Part shown: positions 1-14,400 of the stretch, piece after piece
How the letters are laid out: every line of letters starts with the position of its first letter
Numbering within the stretch: the first letter of the stretch is position 1
Assembly (NCBI GenBank): GCA_964016885.1
Contig: OZ024766.1
Span: 1,922,001 to 1,986,000 of the forward strand
Length of the DNA: 64,000 nt
DNA from: Eledone cirrhosa
Lineage: Eukaryota
Reading direction: 5' to 3'
Made by a program: the position numbers and the translations under genes
Notes under the pieces: model-generated
What the model was told of the DNA's origin: nothing
What the model saw: only the letters and a program-made list of their open reading frames with translations
Database searches by the model: none

Positions 1-1319
1 CACATCGTATAATCACACACATACACATCCGATATGTATGTGCGCGTGCACATACATATCTGATCACACGCGCACACATACACATGCATACACACACACA
101 CATCCAATCACACATGCATACACACACACACATCCAATCACACATGCATACACACACATCCGATCACACACACACACAGACACACTCATCTGATTGCATA
201 CACACACACACATGTGCTCATATATGTGTATGTCTGGCTGAACCACCATAAACACACACATCTCTACCCTATATACACATACATACACACATCACACATA
301 CATACACACACACACTCACACATACACTCACACACACATACACTCACACACATACACACACACATACATACACACACATACATACACACACACACATCGT
401 CGCCATTTAACGTCAATTTTCACGTTATTAAGCTAGACGGATCAGATAACTGTGTCTTGCTTGTATGCCAACCACTTTACAGAGTGTACTGGGTGTATTA
501 TATCATGACACCAACACTACCACTTTACAGAGTGTACTGGGTGTATTCTATCATGACACCAACACTACCACTTTACAGGGTGTACTGGGTGTATTCTATT
601 GTTATATGTGTGTGTATATGTTTGTATGTGTGTGTATGTATACGTGTATATGTATAAGTGTGCATATCTTTAAGTGTGTGTATATGTATAGGTGTATATG
701 TATGTGTGTATATGTATAGGTGTATATGTATGTGTATATGTATAGGTGTATATGTATGTGTGTATATGTATAGGTGTATATGTATGTGTGTATATGTATA
801 GGTGTATGTGTATAGGTGTATATGTATAGGTGTATATGTATAGGTGTATATGTATGTGTATATGTATAGGTGTATATGTATGTGTGTATATGTATAGGTG
901 TATATGTATAGGTGTATATGTATGTGTATATGTATAGGTGTATATGTATGTGTGTATGTATAGGTGTATATGTATGTGTATATGTATAGGTGTATATGTA
1001 TGTGTGTATATGTATAGGTGTATATGTATAGGTGTATATGTATGTGTGTATATGTATAGGTGTATATGTATAGGTGTATATGTATGTGTATATGTATGTG
1101 TGTATATGTATAGGTGTGGTAAAAAACAATTGTTAGGCTCCATCCACACACATCTGCCCCTGACCCCGCCAAACCTCAATTCCCTACCCCCCTCACACCA
1201 AAGGCATCACACCATTGGTCTTAGATGCTTTTAAACGACATTCATAAGAACAACAACAACATTGATGACATAACTTTCTTTATTATTACCACAAGGGGGC
1301 GCTTTTTATTATAAATGAG

Positions 1320-1353
<34 letters not shown>

Positions 1354-1524
1354 AGTTGGAATAAAACAAATCACTGTTAAAATATTGTACTAATAATTGT
1401 TTCTTATTAATTGATGTACTATTATTGTATTTGCCAGCGTGTTGGATGCACTTTTTGTTTCAGAAAAAGAAAAAAAAACGCATTAAAAATCATTTCCCCT
1501 GCATTCAATCCACCCATATCTATG

Positions 1525-2075
1525 ACTAGCTGAGGTACCTGGCTTTACCTGGGAGAACAGTGAAGAGAAGACATGAATGTGTTGTCTGGTATGAGGTGAG
1601 ACTGTAATGTGTGTGAGAGAGAGATAACAATCATAAAACTTCCTTATTAGGCTGGGGGAGTAAACTGCCGATTAAATGGCAGCATTGGCCTTGGATTTAA
1701 AATGTGAAATAACCATAGTCAGTACGATCTTATTCAGCTCCAAAGGACGTCATCTGAAACACAGTAATATACCACATAACATTGCTTCTGAAGTGTTTTG
1801 CTTTGTTAGTACGGTCTGTAAGCAGTATAGGGATAAAAGCTGGAGGGTAGATTAATTTCAAATAGTATCAGTTTTTCTTTGTTCTGTAAAACCAAAGACT
1901 GTAAAACTACTTTATAAAAGCTAACACAATATTGTTAAACCTTCCTATAGATCAAAGGATCTCTAGTTTAAGCTGTTTCTAGACTTTTGTGGGACGTTAC
2001 TCTCTCTCACATTAATTGTATCTCTCTCTCTCTCTCTGAATATCTAACACTTTAATTGAATCTCTCTGTATAACA

Positions 2076-2109
<34 letters not shown>

Positions 2110-2255
2110 ATCTAACACATTAATTGTATCCTCTGTGTATAACAGCCTATCTCTCTCTCTCTCTCTTTAGATGTGTGTGTATATGTATTTGTGTAGTTTT
2201 CATCTGATTCAACCAACAAACCAACCAAGAAACATCTTTCTTTTATACTATACTA
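1525..2255 (+). mobile_element. Helentron/HINE (DINE-1-like) non-autonomous element, degenerate
   Basis: Starts ACTAGCTGAGGTACCTGGCTTTACCTGGG and ends ...AACATCTTTCTTTTATACTATACTAG, with internal microsatellites. This is the HINE-type layout. Confidence 0.45.
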
Positions 2256-2997
2256 GCAGAATGACCCGGCGTTGCTCGGGATTCTAAACATAGATTGGCA
2301 TGTTTATCTCTCCTTTGTGAAACAGCTTCATCATATCTTCACCAATTGATGCAGAAGTCCTAATAAAAAGCGAAGTCGTCTTGGGTGAATAGGCAAATAA
2401 TTTTCTATTAAGATTTTTCAAAAACATGTAATTGTGTTCCCTCTCTTTTTTGTTGTTGTTTTTGCTGCTGTCGAGCCTCGTTAAAATAAATACGTTTGTT
2501 TATATTTTGTTATTGTGTATGCAAAAATATCTGTACACGAATATATAATTATATATATATATATATTTATTAAAATAACAGATTAAAAGAATCGCTGCTT
2601 TCACCCTTAACGGGATCTTCTGAAACTGAAAAAAATCAATCTGAACTCAGAAGTAAATATTTCGAAAAATGTTACACACTATCATCATCATTTTACGTCC
2701 GCTTTTCCCTGCTTGCAAGGGTGGGACGGGTCTTATTCAGCCCAGCATCTCTCCACTCGTCACGGTCCCTCGTCATCTCGACCGTGAGCTTCAATGATCT
2801 GAGGTCTGTTCTCACCACCTCCGCCCATGTTTTTCGTGGTCTACCTCTACCACGTCTTCCTTCAACTGGCATTTCCTGGCACTTCTTCACCCATCGGTCA
2901 TCCTCCATGCGCATCACATGTCCATACCACCTCAGTCTCCTCTCCCGTACACTACATTCTATCCCTCTCAGACACAGTTTCTCTCTCAACACATTTA

Positions 2998-3035
<38 letters not shown>

Positions 3036-3337
3036 TATATATACATATATACACACACACACATAGCATCATAATGTTGTGATGCAGACATACAGACAGA
3101 TATTATAAGGGCCCAACGTTATATCTATGTATCTAAAAAGAAAGACTAAGAATTATAGAGAGAAATCACTAAATTGCCTAATGCGGTCCCTAGGGCATTG
3201 AAAATTCGAAACATTTTTTGCTCAAAACTCACACGGCCATAAGTATTACATGTGTAAAGTTTGAAAACAATCGGTTGGGTGGTTCTCGAGTTTTAGGGAG
3301 TCAGACAGACATTCTCTGTTTTAGATATATTGATTAG
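2252..3337 (+). mobile_element. Helentron/HINE-like element with nested LINE fragment
   Basis: 5' end ACTAGCAGAATGACCCGGCGTTGCTCGGG. 3' end ...AAGTTTGAAAACAATCGG...CAGACAGACATTCTCTGTTTTAGATATATTGATTAG. Confidence 0.55.
2681..2995 (-). mobile_element. RTE-clade LINE 3' fragment (ORF C-terminus plus (ATG)n tail)
   Basis: Translates [12 protein letters not shown]...GRRGRGRPRKTW...RDEWR, the typical RTE ORF end. 3' UTR ends CGTAAAATGATGATG. Confidence 0.85.
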
Positions 3338-4074
3338 TTAGTCACCCATTTTAAAGGGTTCTTTTCTAACACTTTTGATTCTAAACCAATTCTGGTTCTA
3401 TGGAACAAAGTCACCCATTTTAAAGGGTTTTTTTTTCTAACCCTTTAAATTCTAACTAGAATTTGAACAGAAAAAGATAATGATGGAACAAAGTTTACCT
3501 CCGTTATTTCGGTCCTTTGATATGCCCAGTTCCGAAGTAGGGTGTTGTTTTCTCAAAGAACTGGGGACATATATATCACCAAAATATATATTCCAGCGAA
3601 TAAACAAAGTTAATTTTAACCTGTTGACTTACACTTCTTGTTTTTATGTAGATATATATATATATATATATATGTTTAAATTTGGTGGTTTACCACTGGG
3701 TAGAATTGGTCATTCTGCAATGTTAACCATGATGTAATACGAGAAAAGCACTCAACGTTATGCAACTCGTGCGTCTTTGATGTTGAATCATTTTGTTGTG
3801 CAGGAGCGGAGTAAATATATTATAAAGTGAAATAACAGGAGGACAAATATGTCGAATTTCATTAATTATTTATTACTGCAAACACTATACACATTTCAGG
3901 GGCCAGGTTGTTATAAGAACCCGGAGACATCTTCAGGTGTAGATTGCATAATAGATGTATACTAATGGAATGGTGATAGACTTTAAGGAAAGAAGCAGAG
4001 GAAAATGAGTGGGTTTATGTTTTTGACTCAGAGATGGATGAAGCAGCATGTTACACTGTTTCCTATCACTGAGT

Positions 4075-4242
4075 CATATGTATATATACATATATATACA
4101 TATATATATATATATGTATATATATATATGTGTATATATATATATATATATGTGTATATATATATATATATGTGTGTATATATATATATATATGTGTATA
4201 TATATATATATATATATGTGTATATATGTGTATATATATATA

Positions 4243-4301
<59 letters not shown>

Positions 4302-4554
4302 GTGTATATATATACACATATATGTGTATATACATATATATATATATGTATATATATATATGTGTATATATATATGTGTATATATATATATATATATGTG
4401 TATATATATGTATATATGTATATATATATATATATGTGTATATATATATATATGTGTGTATATATATATATATATATGTGTATATATATATATATGTGTA
4501 TATATATATATATGTGTGTATATATATATATATATGTGTGTATATATATATATA

Positions 4555-4585
<31 letters not shown>

Positions 4586-4666
4586 GTGTGTATATATATA
4601 TATATATGTGTATATATATATATATATATGTGTATATATATATATATATATGTGTATATATATGTA

Positions 4667-4713
<47 letters not shown>

Positions 4714-4732
4714 GTATATATATATATATGTA

Positions 4733-4803
<71 letters not shown>

Positions 4804-4828
4804 ATATGTATATATATATATATATGTA

Positions 4829-4873
<45 letters not shown>

Positions 4874-4896
4874 GTGTATATATATACATATATATA
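4075..4896 (+). repeat. (AT)n/(ATGT)n microsatellite (representative of many in the window)
   Basis: Similar tracts at 1-400, 670-1115, 16900-17530, 17840-18690, 22570-23250, 27560-27955, 30500-31050, 34915-35500, 41610-42110, 48940-49450 and 52185-52605. Confidence 0.95.
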
Positions 4897-5129
4897 GGAA
4901 AATAGTCAGGACCCCGATGGCTGAGCTCTGGCTGTTTTGACAGCTAGTTCTGAACTCTGGTGTGTTACCACACTTCCTTCATTTTATATATATAGATATG
5001 TGTGGTGTGTATATATGTATGTGTGGTGTGTGTATGTATACATATATATATACACATTTATATATATATATATATACACACATATATATATACACATATA
5101 TATATATATTAACACACCCTCTCCTCTCT

Positions 5130-5296
5130 TCAGCTTGCTATTCCCCCCAGATTCTTCAACATGGAGTGTAGATAGACGTGACCCTGGTCAAGAGACTCAG
5201 CTATAGCCCGTTCAATCCTTAATTCAGGCAGTGATAGGTTGTACTTGCTGTTGTAGGTGTGTACAACTGACCAGACGTCTTTCAAGGGCAGATAAC
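5130..5296 (-). CDS. C1orf87: C1orf87-like last coding exon ([23 protein letters not shown]...GGIAS*)
   Basis: CAACAG acceptor, TGA stop at 5132-5130. Confidence 0.85.
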
Positions 5297-8200
5297 CTGT
5301 TGGTAGAGAAGAGAACGGCTGATGGGTAGGATAAATATCAATATGTCTGTATACATACATGCAGAGAGAAGACTGGGCTGGTATGGACATGTGATGTACA
5401 TGGAGGATGACCGCTGGGTAAAGAAGTACAAAGAAATCCCAGTAGAAGGAAGACCACGAAAAACATGGATGGGGGTGGTGAGAGAGAAACTGTATAAGAG
5501 GGATAAGTTGTGGTGTGCAGGAGAGAAGACTAAGATGGTATGGACATGTGATGTACATGGAGGATGACCGCTGGGTAAAGAAGTACAAAGAAATCCCAGT
5601 AGAAGGAAGACCACGAAAAACATGGATGGGGGTGGTGAGAGAGAAACTGTATAAGAGGGATAAGTTGTGGTGTGCAGGAGAGAAGACTAAGATGGTATGG
5701 ACATGTGATGTACATGGAGGATGACCGCTGGGTAAAGAAGTAGAAAGAAGACCACGAAAAACATGGGCGGAGATGGTGAGAGCTGAAGCTCACAGAGATG
5801 GCAAAGGACCGTGACATGTGGAGAGATGCTGTGCTGAATAGGATCTGACCCACCCTTGCAAGCAGGGAAAAGCAGACATAAAATGATGATGATATACCCT
5901 ACCTGCGTGTTCAGTATCTTGAGCATAAAGTTTATTGGCCATCTTCATATATCTGTCAAACCATGTTCCATCATCCAGGACTCTTGTATTTGACTGGGGT
6001 TTCTCATTCCCTCTGGGTTCCTGTTATAATAATAATAGCAGATATAGAAACATAAGTAGATAACTTTAATTATATCTCATAAAATAATACAACTGGCTTT
6101 CCACATAATACATATAGTTAGCACCCCAAACACTTAAATTGGGTTATACTAACATATAACCTAATGTTTGTTGAGTGAGATGGTTACCAGTCAGAGTTTA
6201 GCTTTAAGCTATCTCTGTTATTGTATTAAAAATATATATATGAATTGTTTCTGTAGGAAAGGTAAAGGAAAAGAGAGTGCTCTATGTAGGCTACAGAGCT
6301 TTTTAGTTATGTAATAAACATCATAAGATAATTATTTCATTTTTAAAAAAATAAACTTATATTCTGACAACCGAAGGCAGACGTCTGTATCGGGCTTGTC
6401 TGTCTTCGTGAAACCTTTGGTAAATGGAATAATTATTTTATGTTGTTTATTACATAACTATATATGTATATATGTATCGTAGGAGATAGAGAGATACAGA
6501 TTACTAAATCCCGGCAGCTGAAGCGAAATGTGCTCAATGCTTGGGTTAGCAGGGTTAAATATTAGAGAGGATTTAATAGTGAGTAGATTGTTCAAGCAGA
6601 GCAGGTATAATCAAATGAGTGAATGAAGGAGTTACCAGCCATTAAAGCAAGTTCTTTATATAAATCTTACACATGTTTCACCCACATGAACTCCTCAGAG
6701 AAATGTTTGTTTATACAATGTCATCAATAAATATATATATGCTGTCAGTATATATATTTATTGATGACATTGTATTAACAAACATTTCTCTGAGTCTGTG
6801 GAATACTCAGCCACTGTCACTGCTGAATCTCCCTGACAAGTGTGTTAACGGTACACAAGTCTGTGCACTACTCAGCCACTGTCACTGCTGAATCTCCCTG
6901 AGAACTGTGTTAATGGTACACAAGTCTGAAATACTCAGCCACATTTACTGCTGAATCTCCCTGAGAACTGTTAATGGTACACAAGTCTGTGCAATACTCA
7001 GCCTCTGTCACTGCTGAATCTCCCTGAGAACTGTGTTAATGGTACACAAGTCTGTGCATTACTCACCCACTGTCACTGCTGAGCCTCCCTGAAAATTGTG
7101 TTAATGGTACACAAGTCTGGAATACTCAGCCACATTTACTGCTGAATCTCCCTGAGGACTGTGTTAAAGGTTTACACAAATCTGTGGAATACTCAGCCAC
7201 TTTCTCTAAACTACAAGATGGACTGTACCTGTAATTCAAAGGGGCCCGACATGTCACGCTGAATCTCCCTGAGAACTAGGACATTCAGGGTATATATATA
7301 TATATATCTGTAGAATGCTCAGACACTTGCACAAGACTTGAATTCCAGTGAAATATCAACACCCAGTTAAAAGCAACACTTACTGTAGACTTGTGGCTGT
7401 AAGGATGGGACAAGACCATAGCTGTTTGTTCCAACTCCTTCTGCCCCAGTCTGTAGTTGTTGTTGTTGCTGTCTCTCTGTGTTGTGTGTTTATCAGTGTT
7501 ATCTCTTTCTAGCCTCTGTTTGTTGGACTGTTGTTGTTGGTTGTATGATAAACCTGCTGCTTTGAAATGCTACAATTATATATATCATCATCTTTGTTTA
7601 ACGACAAAAAAACACACAGCCCACGCTGTAATGTGGCCGTGTAGGTAACACAGTAAAAACCTCCCAGTCCACGCTGTAATGTGGCCGTGTAGGTAACACG
7701 GTAAAAACCTCCCAGTCCACGCTGTAATGTGGCCGTGTAGGTAACACGGTAAAAACCTCCCAGTCCACGCTGTAATGTGGCCGTGTAGGTAACACGGTAA
7801 AAACCTCCCAGTCCACGCTGTAATGTGGCCGTGTAGGTAACACGGTAAAAACCTCCCAGTCCACGCTGTAATGTGGCCGTGTAGGTAACACGGTAAAAAC
7901 GTCATAGTCCACGCTGTAATGTGGCCGTGTAGGTAACACGGTAAAAACGTCACAGTCCATGCTGTAATGTGGCCGTGTAGGTAACACGGTAAAAACGTCA
8001 CAGTCCATGCTGTAATGTGGCCGTGTAGGTAACACGGTAAAAACCTCCCAGCCCACGTTGTAATGTGGCCGTGTAGGTAACACGGTAAAAACGTCACAGT
8101 CCACGCTGTAATGTGGCCGTGTAGGTAACACGGTAAAAACCTCCCAGTCCACGCTGTAATGTGGCCGTGTAGGTAACACGGTAAAAACCTCCCAGTCCAC

Positions 8201-11200
8201 GCTGTAATGTGGCCGTGTAGGTAACACGGTAAAAACGTCATAGTCCACGCTGTAATGTGGCCGTGTAGGTAACACGGTAAAAACGTCACAGTTCATGCTG
8301 TAATGTGGCCGTGTAGGTAACACGGTAAAAACCTCCCAGCCCACGTTGTAATGTGGCCGTGTAGGTAACACGGTAAAAACGTCACAGTCCACGCTGTAAA
8401 GTGGTTGTGTAGGTAACACAGTAAAAACGTCACAGTCCACGCTGTAAAGTGGTTGTGTAGGTAACACGGTAAAAACCTCCCAGTCCACGCTGTAATGTGG
8501 CCGTGTAGGTAACACAGTAAAAACGTCACAGTCCACGCTGTAATGTGGCCGTGTAGGTAACACGGTAAAAACGTCACAGTCCATGCTGTAATGTGGCTGT
8601 GTAGGTAACACGGTAAAAACCTCCCAGTCCACGCTGTAAACGTGGTTGGTGTTAGGAAGGGCATCCAGCCGTAGAAAACCTGCCAGACAGTCCTATATGA
8701 CCCATGACCCACCAACCTTGCCTCAAGTGGGACAACTCCTGTCTAACCCATGCTAGCGTGGGAGATAGACGTTAAACGATGATGATGATGATGATAATAT
8801 ACATGTATATATTATATATATATACATAATGGAGGCTAATGGCTCAGTGGTTAGAGCATTGGCCTTGCAATCGAAAGGTTGTGAGTTCAATTCTCAGACC
8901 GGGTGATGTGGTGATTCCTTGAGCAAGACACTTTATTTCACATTGCTCCAGTTTACTCAGCTGTAGAAATGAGATGATAGGGACTGGGGTCGCTATCATT
9001 CCACTGCAAAGTGGTCGTGGAGGTGCCACGGCAAAAAAAGCACCCAGCACTCACTGTAAATGAGGTTGGTGTTAGGAAGGGCATCCAGCTGTAGAGATCA
9101 AGCCAGAATCAGTTCCCGTCCCACCCTTGCAAGCAGGGAAAAAGTGGACGTAAAATGATGATGATGATGATGACTGAACAAATGAGTGAAACTCTCCTCA
9201 CCTGTTCTCTTGATGACAGCACCATTTGTGAAATATCCCTGGGAGATTGGCTAGCCTTTGGCCAGCTTGGCAAGGGGGCCAGATAGTTTTTAGCATACTC
9301 CAATGGTCGTTTACTAGATGGAATCCTTAGTCCTGTGTGGATCGGTTGGACCCGCTCTAGGAAGGAGATGAATTTATGCCAGCTACAACATAGAGAAACA
9401 ATTACTGAATAGATATGGTTTACTTCTCCCTTCCGACCCTTTTTTTGTGGTTTTGGAATGTGCAGTAGTCTTTGTGTGTCCCTTCCACACCACCCAGGAC
9501 ATATATCAGGCCCATAGCCAGTTTTTACAGTATGAGATGGAGACTGCAATATATATTTTTTCAGACAGGCCCCTCTACCCACACACAATTGGCTCAGGGT
9601 CACCCATAGAAGTTATGGACCCACTCCATTATCAATCTGCTCTTCAGACTGATGATTCAACTAAAATTTATATATATAGGTGTGTGTGATTTCATTATAA
9701 TACACAAGAATGTAAGATATTCCTAACAGAAACAGGGGTGGTTATATACTCAAGTGAGATTATACACAAACCAATACTGTATATAGATATTTTTCTTCTT
9801 TATATTCAATTTCTAACAAATATGTCTTCCATTATATTTCCATCAACTGGAATTTTTGTTAATATCTGAAAATGTTGTAAACATTTTTTCTAAATTTTGT
9901 CCAAGTTTAACTTTTGATATTTTATAATAATTTAGCAAATAATATCTAAAAAAAAGGCTTCGTTCATTCAAATGTTTATAGTATCTTTACTGGTGGACAG
10001 ATTGTTGTGACAATTTACAGTATTACAGTAAAGACTTTAATATTTAATGTGATGTAGTCATAGTGTTGTTTTGTACTAAATATTTATAGTATCTTAACTA
10101 GTGGACAGATTGTTGTGAACATTTACAGTATTACAGTAAAGACTTTAATATTTAATGTGATGTAGTCATAGTGTTGTTTTGTACTAAATGTTTATAGTAA
10201 GAGATGAGTGGAGAGTGAGTCAAGTGTGAGTGTGACCTACCTGTACTGTCCATTGCTGACATCACAACATCTATGCAGTATATCATCCAACAGGGACTCT
10301 CTCACAGGAATGGCATTTCGGTAACAAACCAGTTTAATCTGGAATTACAGAGAATAAACCAGTACTAATTAGGTCACATAACTTCCAGAATCTATCAACT
10401 ACTTCACATAACTTCCAGAATCTATCAACTACTTCACATAACTTCCAGAATCTATCAACTACTTCTCTGGTATTGTCCAAATAGTTGTAAAGTGCGCAAT
10501 TAGTTGTCGTGTGTGGCCCTCGGACAACACATATGTGACCCATAAGGTCCTCGGGGGACCCTCAGTTTCACATGCCTGCTCTAGACGCCCTTAATGGTAG
10601 TACCAGCCCCATAGAAAGCTGTGACCCTTACATAAAGTAGCTTCACGCCTTTTGGGGGGACTTTCATAGGAAGAAAACAACATTGTAAGTGGCTGAGTAT
10701 TCCTAAGTTAATCAACCAATCAAAGGAACTGTTACAATACCTGGTATAACATTGTAAGTGGCTGAGTATTCCTAAGCTAATCAACCAATCAAAGGAACTG
10801 TTACAATACCTGGTCAGCTGACAGGGTCTCCCTGTGGTTTCGGTCCTCTGTTTGGAAGCTGGAGGTCAACTTATCAAAATCAATGTTACACTTGACCTCC
10901 AGAAGTTCTCTCTCTACAGCTCGTATTAATTTGGCAATGGCGATGTCCCTGTCAGGTGATGGTGAGTCTACTTTTGGACTGGATGGTCATGGTTGGAGAC
11001 ACAACAACAGACAAAAACAACAGGTTAGTTATACTTTTTTGTTTAATAAATAATCTTCTAAGTAATATAAATATATATATTTCATCAGATAAAATACAGA
11101 TTTGCTTTTTATCTGATGAAAGCGCACCATAAAATAAATATGGTTTTATAAATATAGTTTCCATTTATTAATATATTGTGTATTTACTCCACTAATCTGT

Positions 11201-14200
11201 TGAGTGCTTTATATCAGTTATAAAAATGTTTAAGCTTGTTGAATCCCAACAAATTAAATATAACCTCTGCATATATATATATATATACACATACAAATAT
11301 ATATATTATATATATATGCAAAAGTTCTATTTAAAATTGTTGGGATACAACAAGTAAATATTTTATAACTGATATAAAGCACTCGACAAGTTTTTGGAGT
11401 AGATATCTAAGGCGGGTAAAATTCCCGAGATCCATGGACGAGTTCTCTCCAGCGGTCTCTGTCCCTCATTATCGCTGCCATGTCCTGCATCTCCAACAGT
11501 ATACACTGAGGATGAAAAACTCAGAGCTGTATGGGAGCATCCCAAAAGTCAGCTCAAAAGTGACACAGAGGAGACTGAGGTTAGCTGGACATGCTCACCG
11601 ACATCCAGAGTTGACATTGCACTCAGTACTCCTTTGGGAGCCCCTACATGGACACACTAGAAGAGGAAGACCAAGGAGTAGATATACGATATTAATAAAA
11701 CCATATTTATTTCACTATCCAGACAGCTTCCAAAAATAATAGTCGCATTTAATAGGGTACGTCAAAATTATTTATAAAACTGTTTATATATTGTATTTTA
11801 TCTGATGAAGGCATACCATATTTTAATTTGGTATCCCTGAAATATGTATAATGAAATAAATATGGTTTTATAAATATAGTTTCCGTTTATTTAATATCGT
11901 ATATTATGTATATATTATATATATATATATGTGTGTATGTATATATTAACAAACAGATTATCTGCCCTTTACTCACAGATCTGGAGGCCTCTCCTGGGTG
12001 TTGTTGAAATATTTGGGTTGACAATCTTCTGGTTGTTGTAACTCACGTAGAATCGAATGTCTTTCCACCTGGTTCTTCACAACGCTGTAACAATAGCAGA
12101 ACGAGGTCTCATTTTATAGAATATAATAATAATAATTGTTTCTACTTTTGGCACAAGGCCAGCAATCACCCCAGTGTATTACTGGTACTTTATTTTAACT
12201 TTTGGCACAAGGCCAGCAATTACCCCAGTGTATTACTGGTACTTTATTTTAACTTTTGGCACAAGGCCAGCAATTACCCCAGTGTATTACTGGTACTTTA
12301 TTTTAACTTTTGGCACAAGGCCAGCAATTACCCCAGTGTATTACTGGTACTTTATTTTAACTTTTGGCACAAGGCCAGCAATTACCCCAGTGTATTACTG
12401 GTACTTTAATAATAGAGTTGCTTACTTGTTGTTGTGTCCAAACTTTAAAGCCGCCCCAAATAAGGAGAGTATTTTCTCATAGTTGACCAGCCCTGGATAT
12501 TCGCTGCTCACAAACAGGGAAGCGACTAGTCGCAGGATCTCAGTTGACACAGGCACCTAGGGGTTAGATGAGTGTAGTATATGTCTTAAATTGTAGGGGC
12601 TGTATGGCTGCTGACATGTAGGGTCCATGATGAATTTGTTAGAGGTCCTTCATATCTACTGTGTTACTATATATATATGATGATGATTGTTTTTACTTTT
12701 GGCACAAGGCCAGCAATTACCCCAGTGTATTACTGGTACTTTATTTTATCGACTCCCCCCCCCCCCCCCCCGTAAGGATGAAAGGCAAAGTTAACCTCGG
12801 CGGGATTTGAAACTCAGAATGTCAAGGGCCGTAACTCTATGCTGCAAAGCATGGCGTCCGACCCTCTACCAATACTTACTGCCAATCCACCGCCATATGA
12901 TGGTGGGGGGGGGGTAGTGATGATGATGGTGGTAGGGGTGTTGGTGTTGGTGGTGATGGTGGGGGGGTGATAGTGATGATGGTGGTGGGGGTGGCGATGA
13001 TGATGGTGATGGTGATGATGATGGTGGGGGCGTGATGGTGATGGTGGTAGGGGTGTTGGTGGTGATGGGGGGGGATAGTGATGATTGTGGGGGGGGGCTA
13101 ATGATGATGATGATGGGGGGGGGATGTTGGTGTTGGTGGTGGCGGTGGTGGTGGGGGTGTCGATGATGATGATGATGGTGGGGGCGTGATGGTGATGGTG
13201 GTAGGGGTGTTGGCGGTGATGGTGGGGGGGGGGGGGGATAGTGATGATGGTGGGGGGGGGATAATGATGGTGCTGATGGTGATTATGATGATGATGATGG
13301 GGGGGGATGTTGGTGGTGGTGTTGGTGGTGGTGGTGGCAGTGTTGGTGTTGGTGGTGTTGGTGGTGGTGGTGGTGGTGTTGGTGGTGTTGGTGGTGGTGG
13401 TGGTGACAATGGTGATAATACTCGGTGTAACCAACCTTTTTCTTGGCCATGCTGAAGGTGATGTCCTGCAGCCGACACCAGCCGGTCAGTCTGCGGTCAA
13501 AGGTGGACAGCATCATGTATACCTCCCTCAGCACGTTGGAGTGGACGGCAGTGGCGTTGACGAGGGTCGGGGTGGTCAGTTCGTGATGTATCAACCTCAT
13601 CAGCTTTATCTCCGCCCCGGCGGTCAGTCGGAGGGGCTCGGAGGGAAGGTACGGCCGTTTGGGAAGCAGGGACAGCAGATGATGTCGGTCGCTGACCGGG
13701 TGGTCCGCCTCGGCCGCTCGTAACACGTGGAGCCCGGGGCCATCTTTTGTGGTATTGGTGATGGCATTGTTGTTTGGGTGCGGAAACAGAGCTGATGTGT
13801 TAGCATTTTTAGTGGTCGTCATGGGTGGATTGGTAGCTGAGCTACTACTACCTGTCGTTGTTGTTGTATTGGCAAAGGGGCCAGTGGTGGTGGCCGTGGT
13901 TGGCAGTAAATTGTATTGGTCTGTTTCTGCATCTGTTTGCACATATGTCTCGTGTTGTATATCTGGAGAATGTTGTTGTTGTTGTTGTTGTTGAATGTGG
14001 TCGTCCCTGCCCCTGTTCCTACCCCTCACCAGGTCAGAGTCCTCACTCTTGCCCAGGTAGCCTGACCCACCGTGATCGCGGCCCCTCATGAAGTCCCTGC
14101 GAGGTAGCGTCCAACATTCCGGCTCGAAAACGGTCGACATCTGGTTTTTGGTGCGGTACCGAGCTATTGGGGGCAACGCGCTGTAAGGGGTCAGCTTCGC

Positions 14201-14344
14201 AGTCTTGGAGTCGGGCCGAAACCCTAAGGGGGTCTTGCGGACGAGGTTCGGTGAACCAAGGCTCTGTAAGGTAAAACAGAATTGACAATTAAAATATAAT
14301 TATAAAACATCATTGCATTGTGTCATCAGCTACTCTCATCTTTC

Positions 14345-14400
<56 letters not shown>

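Noticed and set aside
4005-4940. YI/CV/HT-rich ORFs throughout the track
   Set aside because: Translations of (AT)n, (GT)n and (AC)n microsatellites.
7600-8640. CRISPR-like appearance (constant repeat with variable segment)
   Set aside because: There are no unique spacers, only a few recurring variants. The context is eukaryotic and there are no cas genes.
8831-8905. tRNA gene
   Set aside because: A and B boxes are present but the cloverleaf is incomplete. The sequence continues into a SINE body found in several copies.
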